A stretch of 64,000 nucleotides of DNA from the NCBI GenBank assembly GCA_965153455.1, contig OZ234493.1:25782213-25846212 (forward strand). Reading direction: 5' to 3'. The position numbers were made by a program, and so were the translations under genes. This DNA comes from Sphagnum compactum (lineage: Eukaryota). Under the pieces are notes generated by a model. It saw nothing but the letters and a program-made list of their open reading frames with translations, had not been told where the DNA came from and made no database searches. Numbering within the stretch: the first letter of the stretch is position 1; each line of letters begins with the position of its first letter. Positions 54,667 to 64,000 of the stretch are shown here, in pieces.

Positions 54667-55775
54667 GGTTGGCACATTGTTCGGAATGATTTGTTAGTGA
54701 CTTGGAAAACATGTTTCTTGTAGGTTCGCTGGGTCAGTCTTTTGGTTCCCATGAGTGGTTTGGTTTTGCTTCTAGGCTGCAAATTATGCTCATAGAGTGA
54801 TGAGCTTTCCACTTTTCTTAGCTGATAAAAGAATGTACTCTACATCTACTTTCCAGATCTCAATGTAGGACTAATTAATTTGCACACATGATGATCTAAG
54901 CTTGTATAGCAATTATTAGTCCTTCCCTTAGTCCCTTCCTTTATTGTACAGAAATGAGAGAATCTTACACATGATGTGCTATCCTATGAAACAGTGAGGT
55001 ATTTCAAAGGGTGTGATTGGGTACAGGTGAAGAGGAGGTGCTGCAGCTGTGCTGGGATTCTTTACACACTTACATGCACATGGCCAATTCACAGTAAGAT
55101 CTGGGACACTTCAAAGGATTCATTTCCTTAATTGTGCTCGGTGGGAGTTCATAAGACACAGATGTCCAGATTTTCTGACCAGACAATGACTGCAGGGTTC
55201 CAATGGATATTGCCAATGAAGTGTCTTTCTGCAGCTCCATGGTATGAACAGTATCTCTTGCTTGTCCTCTGATGCCAACCATGATGATGAAGGAAAGAAC
55301 GCTCCCCAGCTGATGATTTGCTACTAAACAGAGCTACATTTTTGCACAACTGTAGAATTATAAGATGAGTTGTCATTTAATGGCAATGCACTCTGTGCAG
55401 TGGCCCTTTGATCACTTGTAATCATTGGGCATGGAAGACGAACCTGTGAATCCATTTTCTTGTCCAAGAACCTATTGAGGGCCAAGGCAATAAGCCTTCC
55501 CCATCATATAACATGCAAAATATTTGTTGATCCGCCTTGCAATGTGGAACTCGTCTTTGTTGCATGGAATTGTCCTATCCACAAAAGGCATACCCTAGCT
55601 GAGTTTCATGGAGATTGGTTTTTTGTTTCAAAAGTGTCGATCCGTTAATGAAGAAAGAATCCAGAAGTGCATCCAAAATGAGTTCAGTACACCACTATTG
55701 AATAGAGGCTACTGGTTGTAATTGTAAGTAGAAATCTGTTCTCAATAGATATGTCACCTTGAGGTACAATCTATG

Positions 55776-58700
55776 GGCTTGAGTGAACCAGCACCCACCA
55801 TTGCACTAGTTGTGGATGAGACTGTTTTGGCTGTTTTGGGATGAACCCAAACCATTTAACCTAAACCAAACCAAAGATTGAAGTGAGATATTTTTTTCAT
55901 TTCAGCGGCCCAACCGTCGTTGAGATTTCAAAAAAATTTCCCCCTTCTTTTCCCTCCTCCTCCTTCTGCTTCTCCTCTTTTGTTCTTTCTTTCTTCTTCT
56001 TCTCTTTGTTCTTTCTTTGTTCTTATTTTCTTCCACCATCATCTTGTCTTCCACTATTGTTGTTGTAGCTTTTTCTTCATCATTTTTTTCCCTCTTGTTT
56101 TTATTGCTATTGTTACTATTAGTTTTTCTTTTCTTTGGTTTGTGCTATAGATTTTTTTTCTTTCATTTTTGTTGCTACTTCAAATTTTTTATTTACAATC
56201 TTTTGTTTCTTTGTTTTCCTTTATTGTTATAACTTTTTCATCATTTCCTTTTTTTTTTTTTTTTTGGTTTTCTTTCTCTCTTCAAGCATTTTCTTTCTTT
56301 TTCATGACATCGTTGCGCTTGTTGCATCATCATTAGGTATACATATCACGCAAGATATGCTTTTATCCTTTTCCTTGTTTTTTTTGTTTTGGTTTGAAAG
56401 TAAAGCAAAAAGGAAAAGTAAGAAAAAGAAAAAGAAGAGGACAATAGTAAAAGAGAAGGAAATGGAAATAAAAAAATAAAGACAATGAAAAGAAAAAAAA
56501 TAGAAGACAAAGACTATTTTTGTATTTTTCCTTGTTTTTCTGTTTTTTTCTACTTTTAAAATTTTAGAAGAAGTTTGTTTTTGTTTTTTTTTCCTTTTTT
56601 TGTTTTTTCTTGAAGATTTTTTTTTCTTCTTATTGTTAATTCAAGAAGAAAAATTCTAGTTTTTGTTTCATGTTCATTGTTTTGTTTTCCTTTTTCTTTT
56701 TTTGTTTATTTAAGAATAAAAGATTTTTCAGGTTTTTTGCTTTATTTTTCCATTTTTTCTGTTTTCGAAATGTTAAGAGATTTTTTTTCTTTTACTATGT
56801 TTGTCCTAAATATTTCTTTTGTTTTCACCCTACTTTTCCATTCCTTTTGGTCTTCAAAATTCCAAAAAACGAAGTTTGTTTTTATATTTCCTTTATTTCT
56901 TATTTTCAATTCTTTTTCCAATTTTTCTTTAAATTTTTTTTCAGTAGACTTATATGTTCATACCCATGTAATTTTTTGGGGTTTGGTTTATATTTATCAA
57001 ATTTGCATAATAATGTGTATTATGTGTTTAAAGTAAACTTTGAATAACTATGAAATACCAATTTGTAACCAATACATTCAATTCCAATTGTATCACTATC
57101 AACTTTACATTCATCAACATGTTATTAAAATGGTTATAACAACAAGAATTTATCGATGTACACATGATATGGTGGGTAATGAAAGTAGGTTTACAAATGT
57201 GTCTCTTAAGGTTAGAAAGTAGCATGCATATCTTAAGTTTTTTTGCAATAAACAAGAACATGGAATTCATGTTTTTCATTTTTTGGGCATTTAAAAAAGT
57301 TTTGATAATGTGAAACTTGCATCAATAGATACAAGTTTTGTTTTATTGCAATTGTAACTTCATGTTTGTATTATGTTTGCATGCTTTGAATGTGAGCATT
57401 GCATTAATATTTTGTTAAAATTTTCCTTAAAAATACGAGTTTGAAATATATGACAATGTTGCATTATTGCATTAAAAGAACTTCAAAAATATAAAGTTCA
57501 ATGTGAAATACTTCCATAAGGGTCACAAAATAAACATTAGTTTTGTTAGAATGATTTTATAATATTCACATTTGAAGCATAAAATGTTAGTTGGTTTTTT
57601 TGGATGTTTGTGCAATACCCAAATGTTGGGCATAATATGCATGTTCAATCAAAAAAATGATTATGATAAAAAAAATAGAAAAGATGAAAAAAAAAAAATA
57701 ATTGTGATAAATAAAAGAAGAAAGTAATTTAGAATTTTTTTTAAAAAGAAGAAGGAATTAAAAAAATTAGAAAAAAAAGACATAGAAAAATAATTAAAAA
57801 AATCCAAAATCCGAAAGAAAAAAGAATGTTTACATTTTGGTCACAAACATAATTATTGAGGTGTATTGTATTTGAAATGACATTGTTTTCATATGTGGGT
57901 ATTGTATTTTGTGATTAGATTTTCAGCTATTTTAACTTTTAAATATTAACCACCAAAATATGCAACACCTATGTGTGGGTCATAAAAGTTGATCGAATGT
58001 GCAATACTTGCATTTAGGGTTACCTTTTATTGACATCAAGGGGCCAATTTATGATTAAATTGGTTGCTAGTTCATTTAACGCAATACCATCATATTTTGT
58101 ATATCATACATTGACAAACATTAACATCATGTAAATGATAGGTAGGTAGGTGAGTGGGGGTGGTAGGTAAATAAATATGTAAGTAGGTTGGTGGCTAAGT
58201 AGGTAGGTATGTACACAAATAAAAAATAAGTTAAGTCAAATAATGTAATTATGTCAATAAAATGGTTAGGTCAATAGGGTAACCAAAAGTTTTAAAAAAA
58301 GATTTTGTTGAAAAAGTAATCTTTAAGTTGATTAAAAAAAAAGGTTAAAAAAAAAAAATTAACCAAGAAAAGATAGAGTTTTTGCCAACAAGTAGAAGTT
58401 TAGCAATGAAGAGATGGAAGTTTTGCCAAAAGATATAGGTTTAGCTAATAAAAATTCAAAGTTTTTTCCAATTTGTAAAGGTTTAACCAAGAAGAGATGG
58501 AGGTTTACTAAGAGGTAAAAGTTCTTCCAATTTGTAAAGGTTTAACCAAGAAGAGATGGAGGTTTACTAAGAGGTAAAAGTTCTTCCAATTTGTAAAGGT
58601 TTAACCAAGAAGAGATGGAGGTTTACTAAGAGGTAAAAGTTCTTTCAATTTGTAAAGCTTTAACCAAGAAGAAATGGAGGTTTACTAAGAGGTAAAAGTT

Positions 58701-59800
58701 CTTCCAATTTGTAAAGGTTTAACCAAGAAGAGATGGAGGTTTACTAAGAGGTAAAAGTTTTTTCCAATTTGTAAAGGTTTAACCAAGAAGAGATGGAGGT
58801 TTACTAAGAGGTAAAAGTTTTTTCCAATTTGTAAAGGTTTAACCAAGAAGAGATGGAGGTTTTACTAAGAGATAAAAGTTAGTCCAAAATAGATAAAGTT
58901 TTGTTAAGAAGTAGAGGTTTAATTAGGAATAGTTCAAAGTTTTTAGGTTAGAAAATATAAAGGTTTTGTTGAAAGGTAAAAATTTAGCTGAGATGAAGTT
59001 AAGGTTTTATCAAGAGATAAAAGTTTAATAAAAAATAAATAGAATTGTTGTCAACATGTAATGGTTTAGCCATGAAGAGATGGAGGTTTTGTCAAAAGAT
59101 ATAGGTTTAGCCAAAAATAGTTTGAATTTTTGCCAAAAGATAGAGGTTTAACTAAAAAAAAAAGGTTTTGTTGAAAAGTAAAGGTTTTGCCAAGAGATAG
59201 ACATTTAGCTAAAAAGATATAAAGAGTTTGTCAACAAGCAAACATTTAGCCATGAAGAGATAGAGGTTTAGCCAAGGAGAGTTAGAAGTTGTGCAAAAAA
59301 AAAAAGGTTTAGCCAAAAGATATAAATTTAGCCAAGAATAATTAAAAGTTGTGCCAAAAGGAAAAGGTTTAGTCAAGAAATATAGGTTTAGCCAAGAAGA
59401 GTTAAAAGTTATGCCAAAAGGAAAAAGGTTTAACCAAAAAAAATTAAAAGTTGTGCCAAAAGATAAAAGTTTAGCCAAGAAATATAAGTTTAGCCATGAA
59501 AAAATAGAAAGCACGTAGGTAAGGGGTTGGTAGGTAGAGCCAAGATGCACGTGAATAATGTAGTTAGGTTAGAAGGGTAGCTAGGGAACTAGGGTGATTA
59601 GGTTGGATGGTAGTATGGTCAGGGTTAAGAAAAAAAAACCCAAAAAATAAAAAGGGTGAAAGGTCAGCAGTCCAAAAAGGTTGACTGTGGTACAATGTTG
59701 GGTTAACACAGGGCCAGGAACCGGATGAAGAAATGCAGCCCATCCCATGGACAGAACGGCCAACTGGTGCACTGGTGGTGGGTGCTGGTTCACTCTGGCC
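55776..59800. mobile_element. Putative ~4-kb non-autonomous TIR element filled with low-complexity DNA
   Basis: ggcttgagtgaaccagcacccacca at 55776 versus the inverted ggccagagtgaaccagcacccacca ending at 59800; ATG flanks both sides (possible 3-bp TSD). Confidence 0.55.
58466..58879. repeat. 59-60-bp minisatellite, ~7 near-identical copies, inside a wider degenerate ~20-bp array (58290-59500)
   Basis: ttccaatttgtaaaggtttaaccaagaagagatggaggtttactaagaggtaaaagtt(c/t) in tandem. Confidence 0.95.
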
Positions 59801-59803
59801 ATG

Positions 59804-59953
59804 CCAGAATAAGGGCTCCCGCAAGGCCGACCAAGCGCAGGCCTGAATCCAGCAAAGTCCACTGGCAAGGGGCTTTACCAGAATAAGGGCTTGCGCAAGG
59901 CCGAGCCAGGCGCAGGCCTTAATCCAGCAAAGCCCGCTGTCAAGGGGCTTTGC
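59804..59953 (+). repeat. Two-copy ~74-bp GC-rich tandem repeat ending in a hairpin
   Basis: ccagaataagggct..cgcaaggccga.c..gcgcaggcct.aatccagcaaag...caaggggcttt occurs twice; gcaaagccc...gggctttgc forms a stem. Confidence 0.8.
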
Positions 59954-60373
59954 CTACTGTAAAGACCTGCTCCAAATTTTTACTTTATTTTCTTGTGATA
60001 CTTGGCGGGTACCCGCTGGGTCTGATGGGGGAAAAGGAGGGCTGACATTTTTGAAAAAATGAAATACCCACCCACAGGATGTTTTTTCAAAATGCCTGCT
60101 CTTCATGGATGAAAAGTTATGCATCATCCATCCAAAACCCGGTATATAATTCACTTGTGCTGAACTATTATAACCGAGTTTCCCAAGTTGATATTTTAGT
60201 ACCAAATATAAATAGAAATATAAATTATTATTTATTTGGCGGCAAATTTAAATTATTTTTGGGAATGTCAAATTTTTAAAGGAATGTACAGGTTTTAAAC
60301 GTCAAAATTTTTAAGGACATTATTATTGTGTGTGTCCATGGATGTCAATTTTTTGGGTATTGGACCAATTTTA

Positions 60374-61216
60374 TGTTGTGGGGGAGGTTCCTTTACGAGT
60401 GTGTTCTCCTAAGGGAGGGGCACCTGAGGGTGTGAGCACTAGGGTGTTCTTGAATCTTTAGGAGAATGCACGAGAATGAAAACCTCACCTTATGCAAACA
60501 AACAACTTGCTTTTGATTTCCTCGCTTCCTTTCCAGTTTCATAGAAAAGAAATATTTCCATGGGAACATATAAAATTGGGTAGCTACCCCGGCATAACAC
60601 CCTAGGGTTCTTCTGCTTGGGGAGATCCCTCAAAATACACATAGAAAATAAAAAGGGAGTTGTTAACGAGGTGCCTAAATTCTCTATTACCTCCCTTGAC
60701 TTTGTTTCGTTTCATAGTGATTAGGGTTTGGGGGTTGCAAGTGTGATTTCTTGTATGAAAGAGGGACTCATACAAGAAAGTCTCATTCTGTTTAGAGGTT
60801 TAGAGTCCAAAGAGCATACCCAAGAAGTTGCCTATATTTAGGTCAAAAATTCCAAAAATTCATAATTTTTTCTAATTGCCAAGTGGGTTTTGGAAAATAA
60901 AATAATTATTCAACACTCCAGGGGTGAACTTCAAAAGATTACCACACAAACAACTCCCTTTTTATTTTCTATGTGTATTTTGAGGGATCTCCCCCAGCAG
61001 AAGAACAAACCCTATGGTGTTATGCAAGGGGAGGTCCCCCAATTTTATATGTTCCCACGTTCCCACGGAAATATTTCTTTTCGACAAAAGGGGAAAAAAG
61101 TGAGGAAATAAAAAGAGAGTTGTTTCCATAAGGGGAGGTTCAATACTTGTGCGTTCTCCTGAGGTTTGGGAACACCCTCCCTCAAGAGAACACACTCGGG
61201 AACCTCCCCCACAACA
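60374..61216. mobile_element. Foldback-type element with ~270-290-bp imperfect terminal inverted repeats
   Basis: Arms ~60374-60663 and ~60949-61216 are reverse complements (e.g. ggggagatccctcaaaatacacatagaaaataaaaagggagttg / caactccctttttattttctatgtgtattttgagggatctcccc). Flanked by TA. Confidence 0.9.
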
Positions 61217-61439
61217 TAACCTATATGTCCCCCATATTGCCTTTCTACTCCCCCCTCACACACTAGTTATGTAAAGTGGGTATGTATCATACCTAAGCAT
61301 GTAAGTGGTTACTGTGTAATTAGGTGAAGGCAGTTAGTGACTACTACTATGTAAGTAGATGTATAATGGATGGTTAGTACATAGCTACTATTAAGATGGA
61401 CAAGAACAATTAAAAATGCTTAAATGATGTGATTTCGAG

Positions 61440-62480
61440 ATTTTGAATTGCTTTAGAGTTCAGAAAAATTTAGGAAAAATTGTCAAACTTTTTTTACATG
61501 TTTTCAAGTAGGTTGGCCAAAAATATAGTAGGATGTTTTAACTTTTTTACTTTCATATCTTGGTGATAACCAAATTTGGCTAAATCTTACTATGGAAAAT
61601 TGCTAATTAGGCTATGTTATAAAATTGACAACCCCCCGAAAAAAAACACTGCTCCCCATGCACCCCTTTTTAAACTTGAACCTTCTCCACCCTCCCCTTT
61701 CCTCAAATAGTTGACCTCCCATCAATGTTTTTTATTTTGGTGAAATTTTGCCAAATATTGACATGAATTGTGACCTATACACACATTTTTTCATGAAAAC
61801 ATTTGGCCAAATTTCGAAGGAAAACAAATTCCAAATTGCCATAAAGATTTTCATGATAAGTTCCAGTAGGTAGCCAAGAATATAAAAGGATTCTGTTTTT
61901 TTCTTCTACTTTCATATGTAGTATGTGGCCAAATCTGGCTAAATCATCTTATTGATGATAGCCACTTCAGCTACATCACAAAATTGAGGGAAAAAAAAAA
62001 ACCCTGCCTCCCATGCAACAACTAATTGTCGGTTCTCCCTGTACATATATTGTGTACATTTGTTGACTTTGTCATTATACAAATTGGCGTCAAATTTGCG
62101 CATATAATTTTGAGTCAAACTTGACCCAATGAGTGTTTTTATGAAGGGGTTTTTTTTTTTCTGTAAATTTTTTAATTTTTTTTTTAATGCAGCCAAGTCA
62201 TCATCTATTGGAAGATGGTAGAAAAGTGGCAACCATCCCCCAGGCATATTTAGCCAAATCTGGCTACCAATAAACCAGATAGATACGAAGTACAAATCTC
62301 TAATTATCCTTCTATATTTTTGGCTACATACTGAAAACCCAAATATAGAAGACGTGGCAAATTTTCCAACTTTTTCTGACTTCTCTTCCAGGATTGAAGT
62401 CACCCAAAAAATGACTTACATGAATTTGGAACTTGGAATTTGGAATTCCTCTTTACAACAAAATTTCACTAGTAAAGAAA
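61440..62480. repeat. Cluster of dispersed 'atttagccaaatttggcta' family repeats (related copies at ~16030-16270 and ~29590-29740)
   Basis: Recurring motifs tagccaaa(t/a)(c/t)tggcta, ttttggctac, agtaggtagccaa. Confidence 0.55.
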
Positions 62481-62790
62481 AGGCTGGACCCAATTGTGCA
62501 GGTGACATCTAGAGTATTATCTGTGCATATGTTGGACGGGCTTGTTCCACAGAAGTGCATGTGTCTAAATGAGAAGTTCTTGATTGAGTGAAGAAAGTTT
62601 TTAGTAAAGAAAACGCTGGACGCAAGTGTGCAGGTGACATCTAGATTACTACTATCGGTGCAGATGTTGGATGGGCTTCTTCCATAGAAGTGCATGCATC
62701 TAAAAATGAGAAGTTCTTAGTTGGTGCAGATGTTGGATGGGCTTCTTCCATAGAAGTGCATGCATCTAAAAATGAGAAGTTCTTAGTTGA
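62474..62790. repeat. Nested tandem duplication (three copies of a ~67-bp core)
   Basis: gtgca(g/t)atgttgga(t/c)gggctt(c/g)ttcca(t/c)agaagtgcatg...ctaaa..tgagaagttctt at ~62524, 62658 and 62724. Confidence 0.85.
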
Positions 62791-64000
62791 GTAAAGGGAA
62801 GTTTTTAGTTTGAAGTTTGAACCTGCAATAAAGGGCAGAATCATTATGTGATGAAATGCTTGTTTTGATCGCCAGGTGCGATAATTTGACATCTTAAAGA
62901 AAAGAGAGCAAGTTTGGCACTGGTATCAAAGAATCAACTGTGACATCGAGGGCTGCTTGCCTCCTTCCTTCCCCCCCCCACCCCACCGTTGTACCTCCTA
63001 AAAGTTTGTGTTTGTTTGACCTCTCCACATGGAAGGCTTCTGTTATTAATACTTTAGTTGCAGTTTGGTTGACAGCCAGCACCGACCAGCCAGACTTCCC
63101 AAACTTCATAAGAAGAAGAAGCAGAAGCAGAAGAACAAAAAAAAAGAAGAGTGACAGAAAACAAAATAGATCATTGTGGAGAGCAGTATGGCATTGAAGG
63201 TGATTTATGACAATTTTGCAGAGCAAACTTGTGTGAAGGTCCATTATGAAGTAGGGTTTTTAAAAAATTAAAATTAAAATTAAGAAAAAAAGAAGAAGTC
63301 TCGGGTTCTCTAAAGACTTAAAAAAACCAGTGTTGAGCGAGTACTTGATTTTGTTAATAGGTAGCCACTGGGTTGGTCGGGTTTGTTTTTGGAGCATTTC
63401 AAAATCAGAGAACTGCTCATTCAAGACATTTGATATAGTGGAATAACAGAACTGCTAGGATTCATGGAAACCCGCAGGAAAAGAACCGTCGGTTATTTGA
63501 CTTTAAATCAAAAGGAATCATGCCTTCCTATCAGAAACCGGTTCCTTGATGTTTTGAGAACCATGGCCATGAATCCCAAGAGCCGTTGTGATAACCGAAA
63601 AGAAGGATTCCTGTTTCTGATAACAGCGCTTGGGTTGGTGCAGGTTCTGATACCCGCCGAACACCGGTGTAAAACCCATCAAAAGGGCTTGGCGTGATCC
63701 GGTAGTAGTAGGTGCTCTCTCGCACTTAAGAGCGCCGCGACGGCGGGCATCTCGCGTTTAGTGCTCAAGTGTGGCAGGGAAGGCTGCTATTTATAAGATG
63801 AGGTGGGGATCTTTAAACACGACCCCTTCTTCTTCTCTCCCGACGTCACCACTTTGTCCGATTCCTTTGGTACCCAGTTAAAGAATCGTATAATCAGGAG
63901 CAGAGAGAGAGAGAGAGAGAGGCCCACATTCTTGGCAGACTCCGCAGCAGTTCACTTTTGTCCTCAACTGACTGTCATTCTTGTATCAAATTGCTCCAGT

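Noticed and set aside
55883-57047. Phe-rich 'membrane protein' ORFs
   Set aside because: T-rich low-complexity DNA.

Overview
AT-rich, repeat-laden eukaryotic DNA with GT-AG introns. It is a land plant and probably a moss; the dispersed repeat families and gene types suggest Sphagnum, which is an inference. There are two intact-looking genes: a 3-exon conserved plant acidic/lysine-rich protein (4384-6511, -) and a 15-exon APC2 (47476-54666, +). There are two decaying immunity/signalling genes. One is a 5'-truncated, intronless, frameshifted NPK1/ANP-type MAPKKK copy. The other is a 6-exon NLR with the architecture [duplicated hydrophobic N-terminus]-[SERAC1-like alpha/beta-hydrolase]-[NB-ARC]-[about 47-50 near-identical 72-bp LRR units]. 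Variation in its LRR array is concentrated at a few exposed positions, and its repeats have been block-duplicated, apparently even after stop codons arose. The remainder is transposon debris: a copia relic, a CRE-like non-LTR relic, a solo LTR with TSD, a hAT relic interrupted by a 4-bp-TSD element, Tourist MITEs, a long-TIR foldback element and minisatellites. All calls are by eye; no searches were run.
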